DNA of 64,000 nucleotides from Scyliorhinus canicula (taxonomy: Eukaryota), in the NCBI RefSeq assembly GCF_902713615.1, contig NC_052148.1, forward strand, positions 81,746,966 through 81,810,965, in the 5' to 3' direction. The stretch's first letter is position 1; every line of letters begins with the position of its first letter. The notes below the pieces were generated by a model, which saw only the letters and a list, made by a program, of their open reading frames with translations, did no database searches and was not told the origin of the DNA. Shown in pieces: positions 12,901 through 24,065 of the stretch. The position numbers and the translations under genes were made by a program.

Positions 12901-13707
12901 CTCTTCGTCCGTCAACAGCCCCACATCCAGGCGCCACAACGGGCGCTGATCCCGCGCCTCCCCCAATTCCACATCCACCCAATGTGGTGCATGGTCCGAT
13001 ATCGCAATGGCCGAGTACTCCGTGTCCTGCACTCTCGGTATCAGCCCCCTGTTCAATACGAAAAAGTCTATCCTGGAGTACACCCTGTGGACGTGGGAGA
13101 AAAAAGAATACTCCCTCGCCCTAGGCCTACCAAATCTCCATGGGTCTACCCCTCCCATCTGCTCCATAAACCCCCTTAACACCTCTGCCGCTGCCGGCCT
13201 CCTATTCGTCCTGGAACTCGATCTATCCAGCCCAGGGTCCAACACCGTATTAAAGTCCCCTCCCATGATCAGGCCCCCTGCCTCCAGTCCCGGGATGAGG
13301 CCCAGCAGGCGTCTCATAAAGCCCGCGTCGTCCCAATTCGGGGCATACACATTCACCAGCACCACATTCTCTCCCTGCAACCTACCCCTCACCATCACAT
13401 ACCTGCCCTCCTTGTCTGCCACCACTTCTGCCGCCACGAACGACACCCTCTTTCCCACCAGAATCGCCACCCCCCGGTTCTTGACATCCAAGCCTGAGTG
13501 GAACACCTGTCCCACCCACCCCCTTCTCAGGCGGACCTGATCTGCTACCCTCAAGTGAGTCTCCTGCAACATCGCTACATCAGCCTTCAGTCCCTTCAGG
13601 TGCGAGAAGACCCTTGATCTTTTAACCGGCCCATTCAGCCCCCTTACATTCCACGTAATCAATCGGATCGCTGGGCGACCCGTCCCTGCTCCCTGTCGAT
13701 TAGCCAT
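9909..13707 (-). CDS. L1 ORF2 (APE endonuclease + reverse transcriptase + CCHC), one +1 frameshift
   Basis: Motifs TWNVRGL, QETH, GGDFN, RIDFF, SDH; KAPGPDG, LDAEKAFDRV, RQGCPLSP, YADD; CVRC-x8-HMFWAC. The two ORFs (793 and 488 aa) join into about 1265 aa if one base is removed from the C6 run at 11375-11380, giving FRYLGVQVA. Confidence 0.92.
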
Positions 13708-14722
13708 GTTCTGTCCCTTGCTCGCCCCGGGTCACCCCCCCCTTTCTGACCCGTTTCCCATAGCGATGGCCCCCCCCCAGCTCTCCCCTTCTCGTCCCTG
13801 GTCTTTCCAGCAGCAACTCGGTATCTCCCCCTAACCCTCCCCCCCCCCCCCCCCCCCCCCCTGGCTAGGACCCCTCCTAACCGCGATGTGCCCAACATCG
13901 TACTCCCGAGAGTCAGCTGATCTCCGCTGACCCGGCTGCTCCTGCCACACTCCGACTCCTCCCGGTTCGAGGGGGGGGGAGGGACCTCCCCCCCCCGCCA
14001 TTCCACTCTGGCCCCGCTCCAGCGCGGGAAAGGCCGCCATTACTGGCCACTCCCCACTCTTCTCCCCTCCTCTCTCCTCCATCCCGCGCGCGGGAAAAAC
14101 AGAGGAAAGCCCGCGCTTTCGCCCGGCCACACCCCGCCCCGCCATCTTCCACTCCCCCCCATCCCCATCCACGCCCGTGAAGGATCCCCTTAAAACCCCA
14201 GAGATAAACCCGCATGATCAACCCACTCCCCCCCGTCCCGTCTTCCCAACTTAACAATATAAATACCCAATGGCAACTAAATACATAAATACTTAACTAC
14301 ATACTTAAATAACAAAATAATTAAATAGCTATCAACTAACAATGTGCTTAACCATCACCCTCCATCAAACAGTATAAATAACCACAGATAACCATAACCA
14401 GAGAGGGAAGAAAAAACAAAAAAAAAAAGGGACCAAACACCCGAAGAAAAAGGGGTAAAAAGGGTAAATGACTAAGGGAAGTTGGAAACGGGAAGAAACA
14501 CACCATAAGAAGAAAACGACCCGCAATAGAAATTTCAACAGTTCAAATATACAGAAACACCAAACAACTCGAAACCTTCAAGATATTCAAAAAGTCAAAC
14601 GTTCAAGAAAAGCCAAACAATCCAAGAAACTGTTACCCAGCTCCGACCTGGCCTGAAAAGATAAGGGCCACTTGCTCAATCAGGAGTACCCAGGCGGCTA
14701 CGACCGCCGGTGCTCCCAGGTT

Positions 14723-15568
14723 TTAGTTCATGTCCAGCTTTTCTTCTTGTACAAAGGTCCAGGCCTCCTCTGGGGACTCAAAATAATGATGTTGGTCCTT
14801 GTAGGTGACCCATAAGCGCGCCGGCTGCAGCATTCCAAATTTGATCCTCTTCGCGTGTAGCACCGCCTTCGTCCGGTTGAACCGGGCCCGCCGCTTTGCC
14901 ACCTCCGCACTCCAGTCCTGGTACACCCTTACCGTCGAGTTCTGCCACTTACTGCTTTTCTCCCTTTTTGCCCAGCTCAGGACTTTCTCCCGATCACATA
15001 GCCGCTGGAACCGCACCAGCACCGCCCTCGGGGGCTCGTTTGCCCTAGGCCTCCTGGCCATGACCCGGTATGCCTCTTCCAGCTCCAGGGGCGCAGGACC
15101 GGCCCCTTCCCCCATCAGGGAGCTCAGCATCTCCGCAACATATCTCGGGAGATCCGACCCCTCCAGGCCTTCTTCTAGGCCCAGGATCCTCAAATTTTTC
15201 CTCCTCATCCGAGTGTCCAGCTCCTCGAAACGGCTCTGCCACTTCAGGTGGAGTGCCTCGTGCACCTCCACCTTTGCCCCGAGGACCGTGGCCTCCTCCT
15301 CCCTCGCGGTCATCTCCTGCTGCAGCTCTCTGATCGACGCCTCTTGGGTCGCCTGGGCTCCCACCAACCTGGTGGTCGTCGCGTTCATGGACTCTAAGAG
15401 CTCCACTTTCAGCTCCGTGAAAAAACGGAGGAGAGCGGCCTGCTGCTCCTCTGCCCATTTCCTCCATCCCTCCGGAGCGCCGCCGGCCGCCATTTTGATT
15501 TTCTTCCCCCGCTTTTTTTGGGGAGCTGCTGCCACTTTTCTTGCCGCTCCACTCCGAGTACCGACCAT
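14723..15568 (-). CDS. L1 ORF1 RNA-binding protein (coiled coil + RRM + CTD, Transposase_22-like)
   Basis: 281-aa open frame with RMRRKNLRILGLEEG, AYRV...PRAVLVRF, VYQDWSAEVAKRR and MLQPARL motifs. The true start may be the second ATG (MAAGG). Confidence 0.9.
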   Translation of the reverse strand: MVGTRSGAARKVAAAPQKKRGKKIKMAAGGAPEGWRKWAEEQQAALLRFFTELKVELLESMNATTTRLVGAQATQEASIRELQQEMTAREEEATVLGAKVEVHEALHLKWQSRFEELDTRMRRKNLRILGLEEGLEGSDLPRYVAEMLSSLMGEGAGPAPLELEEAYRVMARRPRANEPPRAVLVRFQRLCDREKVLSWAKREKSSKWQNSTVRVYQDWSAEVAKRRARFNRTKAVLHAKRIKFGMLQPARLWVTYKDQHHYFESPEEAWTFVQEEKLDMN

Positions 15569-16727
15569 AAAATCGGTCTAGTTCTCCTCAGGGGACCTTC
15601 CCCCACCGGGATTCGGCTTTTCAGCACCGTTGGGGCCCTCCAATTGGCCCGAAAACACCTTTGTCGCAGGAGCTTCCAAATGTGCGGCTCAGCTAGTCAT
15701 AGCCGCAACCGGAAGTCCAGCAAACTAATTTATTGAGTAACAATTAAATATAATTGAGTTCGACACTCGACAAAACTATCACTCGTAATCAAGTAATTAA
15801 ATATTAACGTATTAACTGATTCAAAACTACACGTGCTAACAATGCTGTGATCTATCTCTCATACACTACTGCTGTCTAATCACTCCTGGGTTGAAAGAGA
15901 CCAAGACCCTCTGGGAGCTTATACTTATAATGGGATCTAGTGGTGATCTCCAGTGGTAGTGTTACGGCTAGATGTTATAATTAACCCTTTAGTTATCTAC
16001 ATGTATACATATAATTACAGTGCTGTCTAAGGAGCTTTGGTGAGTTGCTGCAGTGCAACCTGTAGATGGTACACACTGCTGCTAACGTGCATTGGTGGTG
16101 GAGGGAGTGGATATTTGTGGATGGTTGCCTATCAAGCAGGCAGCTTTGTCCTGGATGGCGTCAAGCTTCTTGAGTGCTGTTGGAGCTGCACTCATCCAGT
16201 CACGTGGGGATTATTAGATCACATTCCTGACTTTTCCCTTGTAGATGGTGGACAGGTTTTTGGGAGTCAGGAGGTGAGTTACTCGCTGCAGGATTCCCAG
16301 CCCATGACCTGCTCTTGTAGCCACAGTATTTATATAGCTAGTCTAATTTAGCTTCTGATCAAATCCTATGATTTTGATAGAATCTATTCTATTCTATGAT
16401 TGGTAACTCCCAGGATGTCGATAGTGGGGCAATTCAGCAATGGTAATGCCATTGAATGTCAAGGGGCGATGGTTAAATTATCCCTTGCTGGAGAAACTCA
16501 GAATGAGCATTTATTTGATTTACAGGTTGAGGCTTTGAATTTGACTTCAGATGTGCACGAGCCTGAGCATTTGTGAAGCTAAGACTCCAGCCCAATAATG
16601 TGCTTTCCTATAAATAACAACCGATGTTTCACATGAATTCTACACCTCATTCAGCTTTAAACAGAATTGGGAAACAAACTACAGTGGCAAAATAAATTCA
16701 AAATCTTGGCACAATCTAATAAAGATG

Positions 16728-17080
16728 GGGGCAGCAGGGTAGCATGGTGGTTAGCATAAATGCTTCACAGCTCCAGGGTCCCAGGTTCGATTCCCGGCTG
16801 GGTCACTGTCTGTGTGGAGTCTGCACATCCTCCCCCTGTGTGCGTGGGTTTCCTCCGGGTGCTCCGGTTTCCTCCCACAGTCCAAAGATGTGCGGGTTAG
16901 GTGGATTGGCCATGCTAAATTGCCCGTAGTGTCCTAATAAAAGTAAGGTTAAGGGGGGGGGTTGTTGGGTTACGGGTATAGGGTGGATACGTGGGTTTGA
17001 GTAGGGTGATCATGGCTCGGCACAACATTGAGGGCCGAAGGGCCTGTTCTGTGCTGTACTGTTCTATGTTCTATGTTCTA
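16728..17080 (+). mobile_element. Young HE1-type SINE, (TATGTTC)n tail subfamily
   Basis: tRNA head with GGTTCGATTCC, V core, tail GGGCCGAAGGGCCTGTTCTGTGCTGTACTGTTCTATGTTCTATGTTCTA; near-identical to the 23708, 28736 and 51009 copies. Confidence 0.9.
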
Positions 17081-18437
17081 AGAGTTGTTCCAAACAGTTA
17101 TTTCAAAGTAGTATTTAAAAGATTATCAGAAGACAAAATATTTTGTGACCACCCTCCAACTTCACTAGAGATTGGATGGGTAGGCATTCACTTTAAGCTG
17201 GTTTCTAGGTCAGTAGATCAGGGCACAAAATGCTCAGTGAGAGGCCCAAACCATTTGCTGGTCATGTCTCATTGAAATTCCCTGGGTGGACTACTCATGT
17301 GTTTCCAGTGTGACAGACAACCTGCCGAATTAAAGGACTGGATTTCCAGTGGGTTATCCATCCATTTAAAGGATGAATATACTCTGGAAATCTTTGCTTC
17401 TATTGAGAATCTTTGGTTGCAATGCACCTTGGACAAAGGCATCTGGAATGTGTAGAAATCCTTGTTAAGCAGGTGGGGAATGCAGGTGGGTCCTCGGGAA
17501 CTCAAATGGCAGGAGAGTGGTGACATGGATTCTGCGGCAAATGCGGAGGAAGATGACTGAAAATAGCACCTGAGCCATCACCCTCAGGGCATGGTTCAGT
17601 GCCATAGGCTCTTAAACAAACTGACGCAGACTGCTGGGTCTTTGCAATAGGACATGTCACATCACTTCCTCTCTCTCGCAGAGCTCCAAATATTTGTCTT
17701 CAAACCACAAGCTACGACAAATTCTAATCACAAACCCATAGGCTGCTGCAACGTTTGCCCCTCTGCTAACTGCTTTCACACATCTCTGTGAAAAAACCTC
17801 TTGCGCATGATCATATCTCCATCCTGCTCACAACTTTTCCTTCTCAGTGTGTGATGCACTATCAATGACGATGAGACGAGAGTTGACAGTAATCGAGGCT
17901 TTATTAAGCAGCTCGGTGTGCACACACATTTATATCTCGCCTACTGGGCAGAGCCAGCAGACAGGGATCTACCCCCGTACCTGTAGTACAGGAGCCTTCC
18001 GTATTACCTCCAATACAACTATTATACAATCAGTGGTAACTATCACATTCACCCCCTGTTTAAAAATAGTCCAGCGGGGGTGGTGGAAATTTTTTTTACA
18101 GGTTTGTGAGAATTTGAAGTTTACAGTCTGGTGAAAATTTACAAATTCAGCCGGTCGGGTGCCTTTATCCTCCGCTGTGAGCGCCTTGGTACCGGTCGTG
18201 ATGCAGGCACCGACTTGGTCGCCTGTGACTCCGGGAGCGGGTTCTCCTCATCTTCATCCCCGGGTGGAACCAGTAGGAGGACGGATCGTCCTGGGGCGGG
18301 GGCTGTAGTGAGGTGCGCTGGGGGGAGGGTGGGTGGCGCCGCGGCAATCGGGGAGGGGGGGGGTCAGGTGGTGTTGGGCCGTGGGTGGGGATCCAGTTGG
18401 TGCCAGGTCCCTGAGGGAGACTGTGTCCTGGCGGCCG

Positions 18438-19247
18438 TCAGGGTATACTGTGGGTTTGCATGCAGCAGCTGTACCCTTTCAACCAACAGGTCTGCCTTGT
18501 GGATCCGCACGTGTTTGCGGAGGAGGACGGGACCTGGAGCTGCCAGCCACATTGGGAGCGAAACCCCGGAGGTGGACTTCCTAGGGAAGGCAAGGAGACG
18601 TTCATGGGGGTTTCGTTAGTCGCAGTGCAAAGTAGCGATCGGATGGAGTGGAGCGCATCGGGGAGAACCTCCTGCCAGCGGGAGACCAGGAGAGTTTTAG
18701 ACCGCAGGGCCAGCTGGACGGCCTTCCAGACCGTCCCATTCCCCCTCTCCACCTGCCCGTTTCCCCGGGGGTTGTAGCTGGTCGTCCAGCTCGAGGCAAT
18801 GCCCTTGCTGAGCAGCAACTGACGCAGCTCATCACTCATAAAGGAGGATCCCCGGTCGCTGTGCACGTAAGCGGGGAAACCGAACAGGACAAAGATGCTG
18901 TTGAGTGGTTTAATGACTGTGGCAGACATCATATCGGGGCATGGGATGGCGAAGGGGAATCGGGAGTATTCACCGATCACGTTCAGGAAGTACATGTTTC
19001 GGTCGGTGGAGGGGAGGGACCCTTTGAAGTCCACGCTGAGGCGTTCAAAGGGGCGGGAGGCCTTCACCAGGTGCACTCGGTCTGGCTGGTAGAAGCGCAG
19101 TTTGCACTCCGCGCAGACCCGGCAGTCTGTGGTGACAGCCGTGACCTCCGCAATGGAGCAGGGAAGATTGCAGGTTTTTATGAAGTGAAAGAACCGGGTG
19201 ACCCCTGGGTGACAGAGATCATCGTGTAGGGCCCGGAGTCGGCCCAC
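18438..19247 (-). pseudogene. Gypsy integrase remnant
   Basis: LHDDLCHPG...CRVC zinc finger; DDE motifs VDFKG, HSDRG and GNGQVER; the frame shifts near the C-terminus. Confidence 0.88.
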
Positions 19248-19495
19248 TTGTGCGCTGGCACATGTACCTCAGGATAGGGCATCGGGGGGCTCGTTGAGCT
19301 TCTCGGGAGATACAAATGGCCAAATGAAGTGCCCGAAGAGCTGGGGTCCTGAGGCGTGGCCCAAATTGGCGCCAAAGATGGTGGCGCCCACGTGGCGGTC
19401 AGTGTTAAAGATGGCAGCACCCATGGGCCGTATGTGGTCTGTGGGGACGAAAATGGCTACGCCCACCGATCGCGTGTGGGGGGTGTGGGACCACT

Positions 19496-20217
19496 GGGCG
19501 GAATTCTCCGCTCCCGGGAAAAATCGGGAGGGCCGTCGTGAACTCGGCCGAGTTTCACGATGCCCTCGGAGGCCGCTCCTTGCCCCCTATTCTCCCATCC
19601 CGGTGGGGCTAGGAGCGGCGCTCCGTAACTCTCGGCTGCGGGGGCGTCGCACCAAGAATGACGCGGCCGGCGCGCCTAATGACGTCAGCCGCACATGCGC
19701 AGGTTGGCCGGCTCCAACCCACGCATGCTCGGCTGACGTCATGACGCTGACGGCACGAACCCGCGCATGCGCGGTGGCCATCTTTCCCCTCAGCTGCCCC
19801 GCAAGACATGGTGGCTTGATCTTGCGGGGCTGCGGATGGGAAATAGTGCGTCCGATTTTGACGCCGGGCTGACGATCGGTGGGCACCGATCGCAGGTCTG
19901 TCCCCTCCCGAGCACAGTCGTGGCGCTCTTTCCTTGCTAGGCCACCTACAAGCCCTAAAGGGCTTCTCACTCCCGTTTCACGATGGCTGCGACCAGGTGT
20001 GTTTGCCGCCGTCGTGAAACGGCTGTGAACGGCAGGCCGCTTGGTCCATCCGGGTCGGAGAATTGCCGCTCGCCGTCAAAAACGGCGAGCGGCGATTCTT
20101 CCGAGCCGGGAGGGGGGGGGGGTAGAATTGCGGGGGGGGCACCAGGGAGGCGTGAAATTTCTCGGGGGGCCCTCCCGCGATTCTCCCACCCGGCGTGGGG
20201 AGCGGAGAATCGCGCCC
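19496..20217. mobile_element. Harbinger-type MITE inserted in the Gypsy element
   Basis: TIRs GGGCGGAATTCTCCGCTCCC / GGGAGCGGAGAATCGCGCCC; perfect 3-bp TSD ACT (19493-19495 and 20218-20220). Confidence 0.88.
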
Positions 20218-20220
20218 ACT

Positions 20221-20986
20221 GGGCCTAGATACAGCTACGATAAACTGGGCCTGGCACACCGCAGCGAAATGTCCCTTCTTCCCGCAGGTCTTGCAGATTG
20301 CACTCCGTGCCGGGTGGCGGTGCCGGGGGTGCTTTGTCTGCCCACAGAAATAGCATTTGGGCTCCCTGGGGTTGGCTGGCTGCCGCGCGGCGCAGGCTTG
20401 GGATTGGCTAGGACGGCCGCTGGTGGGGCCCATGATGTCCATGAGGGCGCCTTGCGGTTGGGGCGTACGACTGTACATTTGGGAGGCTACCTTTAGTGAG
20501 TCCGAGAGTTGCCTGGTTGCCGCGAGGTCGAGCGTACCCCCTTCTATTAGGCCCTCGCGGATGTTCGCCGACCCCATGCCTGTAACGAAAATGCCCCTGA
20601 TTAAGAGTTCTGTATGTTCAATGGCCGAAACTGCCTGGCATTCACAGTTCCTGGCCAGGATGTGCAGGGCACACCAGAAATTGCCTAATGACTCACCAGG
20701 GAGTTGCTGCCACTTGGACAGGAGGTGCCTGGCGTAGAGTTTGTTGATCTGCCGGATATAGTGTCCTTTCAGAAGCTCCATAGCTTCAGGGTAAGTGGGT
20801 GCATCCCGGATAAGGGGAAAAATCTCGGAGCTCACCCGTGAGTACAGGATCTGGAGTTTCTGTGCGTTGTTCAGTCACTTATCCGAGGTAGCTTTCGAAG
20901 AAAGCTGGCCAGTGGTCGAAGGCCGACGTGGCATTGTCTGCTTGAGGGTGCAGCTGCAGGCGATCTGGCTTGATGTGTAGTTCCAT
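20221..20986 (-). pseudogene. Gypsy gag remnant (frameshifted)
   Basis: ATG at 20986 gives MELHIKPDRLQLHPQ...; C-terminal knuckles CYFCGQTKH... and CKTCGKKGHFAAVC. Confidence 0.82.
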
Positions 20987-21316
20987 CGCTGTAATATCTC
21001 TGCTTAATAAATTGATGCACTATCAATTACGACAAGATGAGAGTAAAGAGTAATCGAAGCTTTATTTAGCAGAGATGTGTGGCCTCCTGCAGCTGCTGCC
21101 AGATATGGGAGCAGCTCGGAGAGCCCACACATTTATACTCCGCCTACTGGGCGGAGCCAGCAGGCAAGGATCTACCCCCATACCTGTAGTACAGGAGCCT
21201 TACCATATTACCTCTATTACAACTATTAGACAAACAGTGGTGACTACCACAGTGTGCAGCAGACATCTGCACAACCATGTAAAAAAAACCACACAGACAA
21301 AATAATTCACTCCAAG

Positions 21317-22500
21317 TGTGGGATTCTCCATCGGCTGATGGCAAATCAGGGCCGGGATTCTCTGACCCTGCGCCGGGTCAGAGAATCCCCGGGGGGAGGC
21401 GCGAATCCCGCCCCGCAGCCGGCTGCCCTATTCTCCGGCACCATTTTTGGGGGGCCGCCAGGATTCCAGCCACGCCGGTCGGGGGCTGTTGACAACGGCC
21501 CCCCCGACAATTCTCCGGTCCCCGATGGGCCGAGTTGCAGTCCAGTTTTGGCCAGACCCACCAGCGTGAATTACTCACCACACACAAAGCGAGACCTGGC
21601 AGGTAAGTGTGCGGGGGCAGTCCTGGGTGCCCCGGGGTGGCCCCCGCGGTGGCCTGGCCGGCGATCAGGGCCTACCGATACTTCAGGTGGCCTGTTTCCA
21701 TGGGGTGGTCTTTTTTCCCTTTGCACCGGGCCTTCATATTGCCCGGGGGCTGGCACGGAGAAGAGAACCCCTGCACATGCGCGGAAATATGCCGGTCGGT
21801 CCGCGCATGCGCGAGATCAAGCCAGCCGTTCCGCGCATACACGGACTTGCGCCGGCCATTCGGCACGGGTTCGAGCAGCACCAACCACTCAGGCATCATT
21901 TGGAGAATTCCTCACTTTCAGGGGCTATTGACGCCGGAGCGGTTGCCGCCGGTTTTCCCGCCAGCATAGGGACTTAGTCCCCAGAAGGAAGAATCCCGCC
22001 CCAGGAAATGCAATTGGGCCGAGAATAGGTTCTGATGCCAAATCGCAATTCTCCACACCTCGGCAGCGTCATCAATGCATTCCAAAATGCATGCACAGTA
22101 AATACCATTTGCGTGTCATTAGTGGGTCCGACCTGGTATTCTCCGGGGCCTCTGCGATTCTCCACCTCAATAGGCCGCATTCCCGATTGCACGGTTCTCT
22201 TGTGCTTTTAAAAATCGTGAATCTGGCGTAATGGCTGCTGAGGGAGAGAGAGGGGCATAGAAAGTGCCCAGCATCACCATAGTTTGCTGGCAGTTGTGCC
22301 GCTGGCCAGGGGGGCTTCTGCCATGTAACCGGAATGTGGCCAGGAGGTGGGCTGTGGGGTCGGAATGGACGGGCATGGAATACCATTGCCATATGCAGAA
22401 TGACAGCCATGCAGCTATGCACGCCGCTGACAGCCCACTATGAACCTAGGGCCATGGGTCACATAGGAGTCCCCCACCCCCCCCCCCCCCCCCCCAGACC
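21317..22500. mobile_element. Older MITE (pieces 21317-21349 and 22005-22500) hosting a younger MITE
   Basis: The joined sequence is collinear with the reverse complement of 58330-58558. Confidence 0.65.
21350..22001. mobile_element. Harbinger-type MITE
   Basis: TIRs GGCCGGGATTCT ... AGAATCCCGCCC; perfect TSD CAG (21347-21349 and 22002-22004). Confidence 0.88.
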
Positions 22501-23707
22501 AACTCCTCCGCTGAAATGTGGCAGATAGTATAAGTGCAGAAATTAGAAAAGCATAGATAAGGTTGACTTCAATGGTAAAAAATATAAACTGCCACAGAAA
22601 ACTAAGCAAACTGTTAATGGATAAAATGACAGAAGATCAATATCAGATGCTCCAAAAATTACGTAATGTGATACAGAAGCAGTTTATACCCTTCAGAAAC
22701 AAGAGTCCTTCTAGCAAAAAAAGGCAGTCATGGATGACCAGCTAGGCAACAGCCAGAATGCTTTAGTCCTTGCCGCTAAGTTCGCAAATCCTGATTGGGC
22801 GGAGTATCCTGTGTCGGGGCAGAAACAGGATAAGCGCTGGGCGGCAGACCAATTCCCAGCTTCAGCTCCCACCCTGTGAGCCAAAGCGGGCTTCTTGCCT
22901 CGCTCTGCTGCGAGCATGCAAGCAGGTAATTAGCATGGATTGCAATACAATTACCGTACTGAGAGCCCGGATCCCCCCCCCCCCCAACCCTGCGCAGTGG
23001 GAACTCCACCGGGTGGGCTATCGTGTAAGTGTTTCCAGGTATAGTCCTGGTGCGATGGACTCCAAGGAGGGTCAAGGCATACACTCCATTGATCATGTAT
23101 TCCTCTGCCAATGCCAGGCTGCAGAGGGAAGGTCCACCAAGGATCCTAGGGGTTGGGTGGGCTCGGACTGTGGGTAGGAGGTAGACCCCGGGCCCCTCCC
23201 CAGGATGGAGGTCCAGTGTCTGGATTACCCTTTACATCCCTGGGCAAGATGAAGATCACGTTTGGCATGGTGATCTCAGGCAGCCCTCGTTCACATTTTA
23301 CATCCTTGTATGATCTGTTTAAACTTTGAAGTGGCCATCTCACTTTGAATTGCTCTGCCTGGCAGGTGCTGAGCAGATCTGGCAGTTCACTGAAGATTGA
23401 AACCAAGAAGACTTTCCCTTTCCTCACACGTATTCCCTCAATCCAGTGATTTTAAACAGCTACGTTTTGAAGTGTCAGAGCCTTCCTCAGAAACTCACAA
23501 TCCTTCAAAAGGGTTAAAATGCCCTGAGATTCTTTGAAAGGGAAGCATTCATTGCATTTCACAGAAACCTGCCTTTCACTAGCCTGTGATCACCAGCTTA
23601 GTGGTTTAAACACAGCTGCCACAAGGTTTGTTTATTTATCTTTCCCTTTATGCTTTAATGCATCTGGTTTCCCCCTTGATTCTAACTGCAATGTTTATAA
23701 ATATTCT

Positions 23708-24065
23708 TAGAACATAGAAGAACATAGAACAGTACAGCACAGAACAGGCCCTTCGGCCCTCGATGTTGTGCCGAGCAATGATCACCCTACTCACGTCAAC
23801 GTATCCACCCTATACCAGTAACCCAACAACCCCGTCCCCCCATTAACCTTATTTTTTAGGACACTAAGGGCAATTTAGCATAGCCAATCCACCTAACCCG
23901 CACATCTTTGGACTGTGGGAGGAAACCGGAGCACCCGGAGGAAACCCACGCACACACGGGGAGGACGTGCAGACTCCGCACAGACAGTGACCCAGCCGGG
24001 AATCGAACCTGGGACCCTGGAACTGTGAAGCATTTATGCTAACCACCATGCTACCGTGCTGCCCC
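23708..24065 (-). mobile_element. Young HE1-type SINE
   Basis: Near-identical to 16728-17080. Confidence 0.9.

Larger units (their letters stand above)
9547..15718 (-). mobile_element. Full-length young L1-clade LINE (about 6.17 kb)
   Basis: TSD AGCAAACTAATTT at 9534-9546 and 15719-15731; poly(T) at 9544-9557; 5' end GGACTTCCGG; ORF1 and ORF2 present. Confidence 0.95.
9433..16019 (-). mobile_element. Solo LTR (pieces 9433-9546 and 15719-16019) interrupted by L1
   Basis: Minus strand begins TGTAATTATATGTATA and ends TAATATAGCA; homologous to the LTR at 25307-25733 (TGTAATGATATGTATA ... TAATATAACA, with shared TCAATAAAT.AGTTT.GCTTTAAGTT). Confidence 0.8.
9150..16500 (-). mobile_element. 3' part of the tRNA-headed LINE family (pieces 9150-9432 and 16020-16500), split by a solo LTR and L1
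   Basis: Both pieces are reverse complements of about 35500-36200 and are collinear across the insertion. Confidence 0.75.
17852..21251 (-). mobile_element. Gypsy-type LTR retrotransposon, PR/RT/RH deleted, 5-bp TSD
   Basis: LTRs 17852-18047 and 21013-21251 (TG...CA); TSD GTGTG at 17847-17851 and 21252-21256; PPT-like AAACAGGGGGTGAA next to the 3' LTR; gag and integrase remnants. Confidence 0.92.

Noticed and set aside
10528-15581. Long plus-strand ORFs (174, 146, 177, 258 aa)
   Set aside because: They are antisense shadows of the GC-rich L1 ORFs, with no independent motifs.
16744-16929. Recurrent 61-aa ORF MVVSINASQLQGPRFDSRLG... (also 23864, 28878, 51023)
   Set aside because: It is the translation of young HE1 SINE copies, not a gene family.
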